50,965 nt of DNA from a virus. Lineage: Duplodnaviria; Caudoviricetes. Each line of letters begins with the position of its first letter. Position 1 is the stretch's first letter. The DNA is taken from positions 1-50,965 of IMG/VR virus record IMGVR_UViG_3300037420_002479; one strand, 5' to 3'. Of this stretch, positions 38,443-47,854 are shown piece after piece. The translations under genes were made by a program, and so were the position numbers. The notes under the pieces were generated by a model. The model had not been told where the DNA came from, ran no database searches, and saw nothing but the letters and a program-made list of their open reading frames with translations.

Positions 38443-39231
38443 ATGACTTTAAGCGCCACTGTTTCAGCAGTAAAGCTACAAATTCCGATCGCCCGATCGT
38501 CCGATATCCCGGCTCCAAAATTCGCCTTTAATCAGCGTGTCCAGTGCAAACACGGCGAAGGCATCATTCGGGGACTGGAGTATATGAATCAAGAAACGGC
38601 TGACATTCACAACTTTGATGGCGTTGGCTGGTGGTACATCATTTTGCTCGATGAGGACAACCCAGCGTACCAACAGACCCCAACGGTGAACAGCGCTGAA
38701 GATGAGATCACATCATTGCAAACCCCCAAGAGTGACGTGAAAGCCTTTTATTTATGGCATCTCAGCCGCTCCTACCGGGGCTATGTCGTGGTTCCAATCC
38801 AAGAAGGCGATACCTATCGAGTGGGCGTTTTTAATCCGGTTGGAGACGCTTTAAACCTGCCGACAGAGCAGGTAGAGCGGACACAAAGGGTATGGCTTCA
38901 AGGGCAAGATGCCATTGACCAAGACATTGAGGCATCCACTTGGCACAGTGATCCGCGTCTGATTGCTCATCTCACCTCTGCTGCTTACATTCGGGGTCAA
39001 CGTCGCTTCGATACCCTGAAATATGAACTACACAGCCTGATTGAGCGTTGCACGTTGCCAGAAGTGCTGGATCGGCTAGCGGAGTCGGTGTTTGAGCAAT
39101 CTCGCTGTGAGAAAGATGAGCCGACAAAACGAGCCTGGATGAACCTGGAAATTCAGATCCAGAAGGCAACAGAAGTGGCACTGTTAGCGGTGAATCTCAA
39201 GGCTGAACAACGTCTGGATTTATGGGGGTAA
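38443..39231 (+). CDS. Hypothetical protein with DUF1392-like N-terminus
   Basis: PKFAFNQRV...GIIRGLEY...GWWY. Confidence 0.6.
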   Translation: MTLSATVSAVKLQIPIARSSDIPAPKFAFNQRVQCKHGEGIIRGLEYMNQETADIHNFDGVGWWYIILLDEDNPAYQQTPTVNSAEDEITSLQTPKSDVKAFYLWHLSRSYRGYVVVPIQEGDTYRVGVFNPVGDALNLPTEQVERTQRVWLQGQDAIDQDIEASTWHSDPRLIAHLTSAAYIRGQRRFDTLKYELHSLIERCTLPEVLDRLAESVFEQSRCEKDEPTKRAWMNLEIQIQKATEVALLAVNLKAEQRLDLWG

Positions 39232-39263
39232 TTCAATAAATTCAGCTTGGGAACGTAGATCGT

Positions 39264-39296
39264 AAAGAAGGGTAGCTCTAGGGTTGCCCTTCTTTT
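39264..39296 (+). terminator. Rho-independent terminator
   Basis: AAAGAAGGGTAGC / GTTGCCCTTCTTTT stem. Confidence 0.7.
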
Positions 39297-39401
39297 GATC
39301 ACATTCCTAACCTGTAATCAAATTATCAACCTAGTCGACTACACTAGTTGACATAGGGTTTCCGATTGCATTCGGAAGCAACGCTCTGGTCAAGCGGATT
39401 T

Positions 39402-39992
39402 ATGTCTATCAACACCCGGAAAAAGCTGACTTTCGAGGAATATTTGTCCTATGATGACGGGACAGATAATCGCTATGAGTTGGTAGATGGGGAGTTAGTT
39501 GAGTTGCCACCGGAATCCGAGCCGAACAGCGCGATCGTAGACTACCTCTTTCTCAAGCTGGTAGAGATGGGAACTCCGTTTCGCCTGATTAAGCGCCACA
39601 CTTGTGAAATTCAAGTTCCCGTTCTGCAATTGGGCGATGCTCAGAATCGATTCCCCGATTTAGTTGTGTTGAGACACGAGCATCTAGCTCTGACTCGAAA
39701 ACGACTCACGATTAAGCTAGACATGCCTCCACCTCAGCTAGTGGTTGAAGTGGTAAGTCCAGGGCAAACCAACCGCGATCGAGACTATAAAAGCAAGCGT
39801 GAGCAGTATCAGCGCGTGGGGATTCCTGAGTATTGGATTATCGATCCCGAACATCAGGCGGTCACGGTCTTAAAGCTTGAAGTCAGCCAGTATATTGAAA
39901 TTGGCAGTTTTAAGGGTAGCGATCCCATTATTTCCGAGGCTTTCCCTCAACTGATGCTGACGCCAGCAGAAATCTTTGCAGAGGCAGATTAA
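39402..39992 (+). CDS. Uma2 (DUF820) family PD-(D/E)xK protein
   Basis: RYELVDGEL, RFPDLVV, LVVEVVSPG, RDY..KR..Y...GIPEYWIIDP. Confidence 0.92.
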   Translation: MSINTRKKLTFEEYLSYDDGTDNRYELVDGELVELPPESEPNSAIVDYLFLKLVEMGTPFRLIKRHTCEIQVPVLQLGDAQNRFPDLVVLRHEHLALTRKRLTIKLDMPPPQLVVEVVSPGQTNRDRDYKSKREQYQRVGIPEYWIIDPEHQAVTVLKLEVSQYIEIGSFKGSDPIISEAFPQLMLTPAEIFAEAD

Positions 39993-40008
39993 TTACTCCT
40001 TAGTGCCT

Positions 40009-40242
40009 TCAGGGTAGTGAATTTGCCCACTCTCTTGCTGATTCAGGGGAGTCGATAGTCCTTCCTTCCTGAATCCATTCTTCGACTAGTTCCTCTATCC
40101 TATGCTTCTTGCCATATTCTCTGGCAATTTCGACGTACTGATTCACCGAGTCCCTGGTCATACGACTTTGAATTGAATATTCAACAGCATTTAAAACCTT
40201 CTGGCGATCTAAGTGCCGTTGAGGATATGAGTTTGTGGGCAT
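40009..40242 (-). CDS. Hypothetical protein downstream of an inverted TMP end
   Basis: 77-aa ORF with AGGAG RBS. Confidence 0.6.
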   Translation of the reverse strand: MPTNSYPQRHLDRQKVLNAVEYSIQSRMTRDSVNQYVEIAREYGKKHRIEELVEEWIQEGRTIDSPESAREWANSLP

Positions 40243-40278
40243 AAAGCAACTCCTACTTCACAGTGTCCAACACTAACA

Positions 40279-40331
40279 CTAAGTCCCTCTCAGTGAAGCG
40301 CCCGCTGCATCATTCATAAACTTAGCGTAGT
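40279..40331 (-). pseudogene. Inverted third copy of the extreme TMP 3' end (YAKFMNDAAGASLRGT*)
   Basis: Matches YAKFMNDAAGSSLRSQ* (30234) and YARFMNDAAGQSLRSN* (42554). Confidence 0.85.
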
Positions 40332-40850
40332 GTACGAACCCACCGGGGTAAAGCATTGAGGTCGATCGATTCTTTCAAATACGCTTATACTACTGGCTTA
40401 AATCTTGATTCTTGGAGTTGTACAGTGCCTTTAGACGGACAAGTCAGACCTAGCGAGGATTTAGAGCGTCATCTACAAAGCTCAATTCCGCAAGTCCAAC
40501 GGAAATTTCAAGCTCGTGCAACGGAGCTAAACCTGAAATACTGTGAGTTTGATGACTCGTCCCCAGTAGAGGTGGTTCGCAATTCTGTCCTGCCTGGGGG
40601 CATTCAATCCTTCACTGCAACGATCAAATTAAATGTCAGTACGTTCGATGGGAGCCAGCCGAATCGAGGCGTCGAGGAGATCGAGGACTGGTTCGACAAT
40701 TTCCTTTGCGCTTGGCTCTCGTTGCGGAACGGTTTGAGTTCTCAATCGAGCTTGCCGGAATTGAGGAGAGAGCGGGAGTTAAAGCAGTGGAATCAGGTTC
40801 CCACTTGGACTGTTCAACTGCGACGGCAATTCGATTTGAGATCGCCCTAA

Positions 40851-42554
40851 TCGGCGAAGCTGGCTGAGATTGAGCGTTCTGCCCGTAAGCGTGAGGCTCA
40901 AATTAAGCAGCAGGAATCACGGGCAACGGTTGGGCTAGTCAGTGACAAAACTCGCAAGTTAGTTTCTGATGATGAATTCTCGATCGCCCAAGCGAAAAAC
41001 TCTCTCACCACCGATAACGCTCAGCAGTCCAATGTTCAAGCGCAGATTGATGAATTAGATACAGCATTTGCCCGTGGCATCGTCAAACGTGAGGAGTATG
41101 AAAAGCGCAGTCAAGATTTAGCCAATAGTCTTGCTGACTTGAACGTGAAGAAGGCTCAAGATGAACTGGCAATTCGAGAAGCGATCGATAAAAAAATACT
41201 GGAGTCTCGTAAACGGCTTATCACGGGCACTGGACTCGATCAGGGATTGCTTGGGAATCAAGGGCAAGCCGCATTGATTGGTGTTGACATCGGTGAATCG
41301 CAGAAACGGCTCTCTGCTCAATCGGCAGAATTAGGTAATTTACAGCAACAATTGCAAGCAAGTTCTGCTCCCATCGAGGGCGATATTTTTGCTCAGATTG
41401 GTGCAGGCGATCGGGTGGCTCAAGCGAAGGAGATTGAAGAACGGATCAACCGGATTACGGCGAGTTCTATTGAGGAACGGACTAAGAAGCGTGAACTCGA
41501 ACTGCAACGGGATCTCAAGCTGATTGCAGCGCGGGGTGAAGCTGAGGAGCGAGAACTTGATCGCAGGAAGTCAGCACTAGACGCTGAATTGAAGCTATCC
41601 CAAGCTGTTGCGGATTCTCGCCAAAGCCAACTCAAGGTAGGTATCGATCGTAACGGAGAATCGGTTGATGCGTTTAAACAGCTTCAGAATAAGAACGCTG
41701 GATATCAACTGAGCAAGGTTCTGAAGGATCAGTTGACTGATGCGGGATTCAATACCTCCAATACTCAGCAGGGAGTGATTGACGCTCTGCAAAATAAACA
41801 GGCATTGGAGGCAGAAGCTGATAGAGAGAAGGTTGCGGCATTGTTGCAGCAACAGGCTCTAGAGCGTGAATCAGTCAAATTGGGCTTACAGAAGGAACAA
41901 ATTTCAGCCCGTACCGCCCTCCTTGAAGCCAGGCAGGTTGAACTGCTTGCCAAGAAAAACTTGACTGAGGCTCAAGGGGGACTGGCTAAGGCGCGTCGCT
42001 CTGGCAACGCAGACGAGATTCAGTCTGCACAAGAGCAGCTTAAATTTGCTCAAGAGGCAGTGGGATTAGCGGGAGAGAATAAGGGACTGGCTGAACTCAA
42101 TGTGCAGACGGTTGATAAGCGGGTTCGCACTGAACTACAGGCAGAGGACGTTAAGCAGGGTCAGCAGCGGTTTGAGCTGGATGCTCAGAACCAGGCGAAT
42201 GGTAGAGGGCGTCGCCGTGAACTCGCCTCAACTGCCGATGATGTGAAGTTCACGGGGCAACTCAATTTTGCCAACGTCGCACCGAGTGCGGTTCTGCAAG
42301 CCCCTGAAACGACTGGGTTACCGTCAATTATCCCAACGGTTCAGCCGAATACCAATCAGGTCGATCGAACGGTGAACACGGCGGCATCAACGACGAATAA
42401 CAGCGACGTGGTTGCCAAACTAGAGCAACTCTACAACGGCATTATTGAACTGGCGAATAAGCCACGGAGTCTGACCTTTAATACAGCTCAACCCGTAGAT
42501 GACTACGCTAGGTTCATGAATGACGCAGCGGGGCAGTCGTTGAGGAGTAATTAG
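40851..42554 (+). pseudogene. Orphan 5'-truncated TMP C-terminal copy (about 567 codons, open frame)
   Basis: Frame is open from 40851 (SAKLAEIERSARKRE...) and colinear with TMP 28525-30234; no convincing start at the homology edge. Confidence 0.88.
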
Positions 42555-42555
42555 G

Positions 42556-42587
42556 TCGTACAAGTGCGAATATTCGCACTTGTACGA
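42556..42587. repeat. Perfect 32-bp palindrome TCGTACAAGTGCGAATATTCGCACTTGTACGA
   Basis: Self reverse-complementary; lies between convergent stops. Confidence 0.9.
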
Positions 42588-42893
42588 TTATGCCGGATCA
42601 ATCACAAGCAACCCCAACTCTTTTATCTTGTCTGGAACATTTTCCGCTTCCAGCCCGCAATAGTAGTACTGTCGATCGCGCAAATTCGCCAGATAAAAGC
42701 CGTCATGCCCCCCATTGAGGCGAAATAGCTGTGTTACGACATCCCACCTTGAGAGTCCAAAATTTGTCTCAAGGTCATCAACATTGCAATTTTCCCCATT
42801 CAGCCGATAAATGGCAGACGCACGATGAAAGAGCCACTTCCCGGACCTGCACTCAAAAAATCGATAGTGAAACGGAAGCGTAATCCTGCACAT
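42588..42893 (-). CDS. Hypothetical protein
   Basis: 101-aa ORF; start uncertain. Confidence 0.55.
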   Translation of the reverse strand: MCRITLPFHYRFFECRSGKWLFHRASAIYRLNGENCNVDDLETNFGLSRWDVVTQLFRLNGGHDGFYLANLRDRQYYYCGLEAENVPDKIKELGLLVIDPA

Positions 42894-42958
42894 TGGTTAT
42901 ACTCCTATTCATACCAGGAAAGCCCCCAGGATTACTGAGGGCGTTCGCTAGCTAGGCG

Positions 42959-43192
42959 CTAGTTTTGGTTTTCGGGTTCATCGGGATCGTCTGGTTTAAT
43001 CTCTTCAGGCATATCAACTTGATCCGTTGTGTTGCCCTTGAGATCCGTTTCGATCGCGATGTCTGGGTGAACCGGAGAAGGACGGATGATCGTAACTTCG
43101 TCAGGGTCAAGATCGTGTCCTTTTCCGTTCCCATTATTCGATTGAGTCGTTGGTCTCACCTCCTGATGAGGGGTAAATTTGTTTGCCCTCAT
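42959..43192 (-). CDS. Hypothetical acidic low-complexity protein
   Basis: 77-aa ORF followed by a hairpin at about 42920-42945. Confidence 0.45.
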   Translation of the reverse strand: MRANKFTPHQEVRPTTQSNNGNGKGHDLDPDEVTIIRPSPVHPDIAIETDLKGNTTDQVDMPEEIKPDDPDEPENQN

Positions 43193-43225
43193 GCGTCTAT
43201 TATAACTCTATGTGTACATAGAGTG

Positions 43226-43441
43226 TCAAGACTTGGACGAATGTTTTTCAAGGTATTCTTTGACTGCCTGACGGATGTGATAGGAGCGATCGCCATCAAG
43301 CGCTTCGATCGCTTCAATATCAACCTTGTGAAGTCGTACAGAGACGGCTTTAGAGTTGCTTTGAGTCAACCCCGGTGCATCGGGTGCAGTCTTGGGCTGT
43401 AAATTCTGTTTGGTCTTTTCGAGGTTTTGCGGTCGCGCCAT
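43226..43441 (-). CDS. Ribbon-helix-helix (CopG-like) protein
   Basis: AVSVRL...IEAL...RSYHIRQAVKEYL. Confidence 0.7.
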   Translation of the reverse strand: MARPQNLEKTKQNLQPKTAPDAPGLTQSNSKAVSVRLHKVDIEAIEALDGDRSYHIRQAVKEYLEKHSSKS

Positions 43442-43556
43442 AGGAGAGAACTCAACTCATACCTAAATTTTAGTCTATGTGTACATAGGTTATCAATGGC
43501 GTCTTTCATGCATCTACAAAGTAGGAATTCTGGGTCAGTTTGAGCGCTGCTGCCCT

Positions 43557-44042
43557 ATGACCCGCACTTTAGTTCTGTCGATCGACACCTTTAATCTCCC
43601 CCTCTCACGCTTTGCCCAGAATGGGTATGAGCGAATTTTGGGACCCACGGGAGAAACCGAATATTCGCTCTTTGGCAGTCCGATCGACGATGGCAATTTG
43701 TATGAAGCAAAGCACGTCTGGACGCTTCAAACCTACGTCTCGATTGAGCAGTGGCGCATTTTGTGGGCAATTTTCCAGCGCAGTGAGCGGCATCGGCGCA
43801 ATCAACAAGACTATCGCATTCGCATCTCTGACTACGTTCTGCCCTACGTTGAGGACGCCACGACTCCTAGCCGATTAGTCGCAACCGATGGAGCCATCAC
43901 CACGATCGACGGTGGGGGCATCGCCTATCCTGCGGTCTACTCGGTTCGGATGTTTGAGCCAAAGGCAGAAGAAATCGGCAACACGCAATACCGCTATCTC
44001 GCTCGGTTTGTGCTGAAAGAGTTAGACCGGGTGACCGCATGA
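43557..44042 (+). CDS. Distal tail protein-like (putative)
   Basis: First structural gene after the TMP end; ATG 43557 follows AGGAAT motif. Confidence 0.6.
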   Translation: MTRTLVLSIDTFNLPLSRFAQNGYERILGPTGETEYSLFGSPIDDGNLYEAKHVWTLQTYVSIEQWRILWAIFQRSERHRRNQQDYRIRISDYVLPYVEDATTPSRLVATDGAITTIDGGGIAYPAVYSVRMFEPKAEEIGNTQYRYLARFVLKELDRVTA

Positions 44043-46363
44043 TTAATCTCTCAATTCGGAATTATCAAATTACGATCGCTGGACTCGACTGCACAGAGGG
44101 CTTGGTCAGCTTTCGAGGTAGCGATTCTAAGCTGGATCAATCTGGCTTAATCACCTTTTCGGGCGAGATTGTCTTGGGTAAACCCATCGGGTTTGAGAGT
44201 TTGGACGATCGACGCAACACGCGTTGGAGTCGAGGCAACGAAATTGATATCCAAATTGCGGATCAATCTGGCACGTTGCGCCCATCGCCTAGAGGCAGCA
44301 AATTATTTATTCTCGATAGCGCCTTCGACCTGAAGACGCGCAAACTCACCCTGAGAGTAGGTGATGTGTTTGCGCTACTCGACTTCAAAGAAGGTAAGGG
44401 GGATGTGTCGGGCATTTGCTTGGGAACCAGCGCATCACGCACAGACGTGATTAATCGGTTGCTCAATGCCGCTGGATGCCCTGCTATAGCGGCTTCTGAT
44501 TCGATTCCAGGATTTCTCAATAGCCCCACCCCACGGCTGCTCGAAGGCAATTATTTACAGCAAGCAGGGGCGATCGCAGCCGCAGCGGGATATTTTCTCT
44601 GGGTGGAGCATGGGGTTCCAAGGGCAAGCGCTATCACAATCAATCCCGCTTTGCCGTTGCTTACGGTTGATTTGACGAGTCAGGCGGCGCTGTACGATCG
44701 CTTGCAGGGTGAGCAACCCTCACAGCGCATCAGCGTGGTTGGCAAGGCAATTTACATTAAGCAGACGGGTGACCGCACTGAGATTTCGAGCCAAGAGCTA
44801 GGACCCGCGTTGCTAGCAGGGGCAAAATCTGACGCTCAAATTATCATCAAATCGACCTATACGATCGACAGTTTCAACCGAGGCAGCAAGACCCGTAAGA
44901 TTCAGACCTTCATTCAAGAGCCGCTCGGTATCCTGTTTCCAGACGATAAGCGCTATGTGGGCGCGACGGCGTTGGTCGATTCAAGCTATCAGGAAGAAAC
45001 CTACCAGTACGAAACCAATAGCCCGATTTCTGGCACCTCCGCCTCAACCAAGTGTCAGCAGGGGAACCAAGGCAGACTGAAAAAGCACAGCATCACTATT
45101 TCCCGACCGTTGGGCGTGGTGTTGCGTGAGGTGTTCGCCACTTACCCTGAATCAGTTGAGGTCACGAATAAAGCCGAATTAACCACCGCTGAAGAGACGA
45201 TTACCACCTACGAATATGACGTGGGCTTGGTGGGCAGCATCACCACGATTCAGGATGAAGATGCACAGCCTTCTGAACTCGAAACCATTGGCACAGGTCC
45301 ACGAATTACGGTCACCAAGCGTCAAGCGATCGGGGCGATTATTCCCAGTGAGTTTGCCTATGATACGACTCGCCCACAGATGATGCAGCCGAGCGAATTG
45401 GTAGACTCTGAGCTGCAAATTAATGCGTGGCGTGAGCGTAATTTGGGGGAATGGACGGCACGGGAGCAACTCTACAAGTCGTTAGCGATCGTGCAGCCGA
45501 GCATTGTCGAATTCATCAAAGATCAATACGCCAAAGATGGCTTATACCCTGATCCGCGTGACTTGGTGAGGCTGATTTCAACTCAGGATCAGACCACTAT
45601 TTCTAACTCTGGGCAAGCTCAACCCCCGGCACCCGATACCTATCCGGCTCCATTTAGCACCCAAGCAATCACCGTCAAGGGCAGGGCAAATTTTCCTATT
45701 GATGCGGTCACTCCCTACCGACAGCGCACCCGTGAACTGAGTTTTGAATATTTATCCACCGTGTCAAGCGGAGTGCCAAATATTGGAGCTGCCCAAACCG
45801 AGGCAGAACGACTGGCAAAGATTTGGGGCGTCATTCTCTGGGGACGCTACAAAGGCTCAACTTTGACCGTCGGATTAGACGACCAATGGTTTGACTATCA
45901 GCCGATGATGCGGGCTGACATTACAGAGCCGGAAGGAATCAGCGCTCACCTCACCGATGGGTTTGCGATCGCGATGTCTGATCGTCGTTGTGTGGTGTCG
46001 TTCGATGGCATGTTGCTCGGCTTTACTGATGCAAACAATTCTGAGATCGTCACTCCTATTTATAAGCAAACCGATGAGGGGACGTTTACATTAGGGTTTG
46101 CGTTCACGAGCCGAGATCGGGATTATGATCTCACTCCAATTCATGAGGTGGGTGAGTTTGCTCTTGGATTTGCCATTCGTCAGCAGTCGGATGAGCGAGC
46201 TGAGTTTGCTCTGGGATTCAGCTTTGTGGGCTTCTCGAACCCTGAGCAGGGCTTGTTTGCCTTGGGATTGAGTAGCGATGGGGTTGGATCAATTGACTGG
46301 GAGGATATGACCGAAGCTCAGTGGGAGAGCATGAGCCAATCGCAGTGGGGCAACTTGCTCTAA
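44039..46363 (+). CDS. Tail tip / baseplate hub-like protein
   Basis: 774 aa, ATGA-coupled, beta-rich; C-terminal G.F.LGF repeats. Confidence 0.6.
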   Translation: MINLSIRNYQITIAGLDCTEGLVSFRGSDSKLDQSGLITFSGEIVLGKPIGFESLDDRRNTRWSRGNEIDIQIADQSGTLRPSPRGSKLFILDSAFDLKTRKLTLRVGDVFALLDFKEGKGDVSGICLGTSASRTDVINRLLNAAGCPAIAASDSIPGFLNSPTPRLLEGNYLQQAGAIAAAAGYFLWVEHGVPRASAITINPALPLLTVDLTSQAALYDRLQGEQPSQRISVVGKAIYIKQTGDRTEISSQELGPALLAGAKSDAQIIIKSTYTIDSFNRGSKTRKIQTFIQEPLGILFPDDKRYVGATALVDSSYQEETYQYETNSPISGTSASTKCQQGNQGRLKKHSITISRPLGVVLREVFATYPESVEVTNKAELTTAEETITTYEYDVGLVGSITTIQDEDAQPSELETIGTGPRITVTKRQAIGAIIPSEFAYDTTRPQMMQPSELVDSELQINAWRERNLGEWTAREQLYKSLAIVQPSIVEFIKDQYAKDGLYPDPRDLVRLISTQDQTTISNSGQAQPPAPDTYPAPFSTQAITVKGRANFPIDAVTPYRQRTRELSFEYLSTVSSGVPNIGAAQTEAERLAKIWGVILWGRYKGSTLTVGLDDQWFDYQPMMRADITEPEGISAHLTDGFAIAMSDRRCVVSFDGMLLGFTDANNSEIVTPIYKQTDEGTFTLGFAFTSRDRDYDLTPIHEVGEFALGFAIRQQSDERAEFALGFSFVGFSNPEQGLFALGLSSDGVGSIDWEDMTEAQWESMSQSQWGNLL

Positions 46364-46465
46364 GTTTGTTGTGCATTTATGAGCCACAAATTTGTTTGTC
46401 GTTCACTTATTGCCAATTTATGAGCGACAAAGTTGGTAGCGTAATGAATTACGGCACCATTCATC

Positions 46466-46753
46466 TCATTCCAATCCCCAAAATTGCTGAAGGTAAGATT
46501 CAGTCCTTGCGTTCTCTGCTTCAACAGCTTCAAACGTCCCAACCTCAACAAATCTAGGTCGTCCATCCCGATTCGTCCCATACCATTCGTCGATCGGTCT
46601 ACGTCTGTATTGCCCTTCTGCCCAATCCTCGTCCCGATACAGCACTTCCCAATCGTCCTCATCGGCACAGGCAGAAACGACACCAAGAACCGTGTAGTTT
46701 CTCTGCTTGCGATTGTTGAACCAGATTGAACCTGGCTTGGGGAAGTTTTGCAT
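46466..46753 (-). CDS. DUF1653-like protein
   Basis: Y.VLGV...VLYR...RRPIDEW...RPRF. Confidence 0.6.
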   Translation of the reverse strand: MQNFPKPGSIWFNNRKQRNYTVLGVVSACADEDDWEVLYRDEDWAEGQYRRRPIDEWYGTNRDGRPRFVEVGTFEAVEAENARTESYLQQFWGLE

Positions 46754-46856
46754 CTTGCAATAGTTCTTTTAATTCAGGGCGATCGTAGGGCTTCCGGCTC
46801 ACAGACCTTATTCTAGGTTTACAGAGTCCCCACGATCGCACGATGATCGTAACCCA

Positions 46857-47066
46857 TCAACCCTTCAAAGAATCAACGAACTGCCTTGCCGCTGCTTTGC
46901 GTGTCGCCTCGTTTGGGATGCCTTTAGTTCTGGCGGTTTCCATAGCCACATGTCCTGCCCTGAACACATCTATTAGCTGAGTATCAACGTTTGCGTCTTG
47001 CGCCGCTTCTTGGACATCCTCCATGAACTGTCTGACAAAACTGAACATTGCATACTGTCCGCTCAT
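46857..47066 (-). CDS. Hypothetical protein
   Basis: 69-aa helical ORF. Confidence 0.5.
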   Translation of the reverse strand: MSGQYAMFSFVRQFMEDVQEAAQDANVDTQLIDVFRAGHVAMETARTKGIPNEATRKAAARQFVDSLKG

Positions 47067-47152
47067 AAAATTATCTAGCTAAGAGAGCGATCGCATCCCC
47101 ATTATGACCTCAATTTGTAGGAAATCTACAGCCGATCCTTTGAGGTTGGGCG

Positions 47153-47854
47153 ATGACCAGGTACTTTCATAACGATTGGGTTTCCTATCACTTCATGCTG
47201 CCCTTTGGCAGCAACTTATTGCCCAACCCTGCAAAGTATTATCTTTGCCTAGCTGATACCACACTGCTGACCCGTGCCAGCACAAGAGCAGACTTTATTG
47301 GGGCAGAACTGCTGCAGCAAAATGGCTATGCCAGAGCAAATATGGTTTTCCCGGATAGCGGCACATTTAGCAACAGCAACAAACGTCACGATGCCCCCTT
47401 GGTTACGGGTGATTTTCTGGCAGATGGTGGATCGTTGCAGTTTCAGACCGTGTTTCTGATCGCGAATGGCAATGCTACGGCAAATAAAACATTTGCTGAT
47501 ACAGATGTGAATGCGAGTACAAATGTAATTACGGTGACGAGCCACGGACTCAGCACAGGCAATGAGGTTTTGATTCAAGCCCAAGCGGGATCAACGCTGC
47601 CAACTGGACTCGTCAGCGGCACTATTTACAAAGTTATCGGTACGACCACCAACAGTTTCCAGGTTTCAACAGATGGCGTCACACCCATCGACATTACCTC
47701 TACAGGTTCAGGCACGTTCTATTTGCGCTATGTGCCTGATCGAATTGTTTTATTAGACATTCTTGCTGATCCAAGGCTGTTGCAAGACGGTAAGCCTTAT
47801 TCCTATGACCTGTATCTAGCAGGCATGAACGAAACCTATGGGGCAGGTGTGTAA
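47153..47854 (+). CDS. Virion structural protein (tail/baseplate-associated)
   Basis: NGYAR motif; inserted ITVTSHGLSTG...LPTGL...YKV...FQVS beta domain; late motif upstream. Confidence 0.65.
   Translation: MTRYFHNDWVSYHFMLPFGSNLLPNPAKYYLCLADTTLLTRASTRADFIGAELLQQNGYARANMVFPDSGTFSNSNKRHDAPLVTGDFLADGGSLQFQTVFLIANGNATANKTFADTDVNASTNVITVTSHGLSTGNEVLIQAQAGSTLPTGLVSGTIYKVIGTTTNSFQVSTDGVTPIDITSTGSGTFYLRYVPDRIVLLDILADPRLLQDGKPYSYDLYLAGMNETYGAGV

Larger units (their letters stand above)
28527..40853. mobile_element. Accessory island carrying a replacement TMP 3' end, TA/defence-like genes and the Cas7-like/array/HNH module (left boundary uncertain)
   Basis: TMP 3' end duplicated (28527-30234 vs 40853-42554); truncated copy of the distal tail gene start at 31303-31357. 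Confidence 0.7.

Noticed and set aside
40356-40850. 164-aa ORF as a read-through fusion partner of the orphan TMP end (same frame, single TAA)
   Set aside because: No recognisable domain, start or read-through signal; sharing a frame has a 1-in-3 chance
41139-42554. Independent 471-aa gene with TTG start
   Set aside because: Frame and TMP homology extend 96 codons further upstream to 40851, so it is a truncated TMP copy
28527-42554. Diversity-generating retroelement (TR/VR pair) or invertible shufflon
   Set aside because: No reverse transcriptase; differences are mostly synonymous and not adenine-specific; no adjacent invertase or repeated crossover sites found
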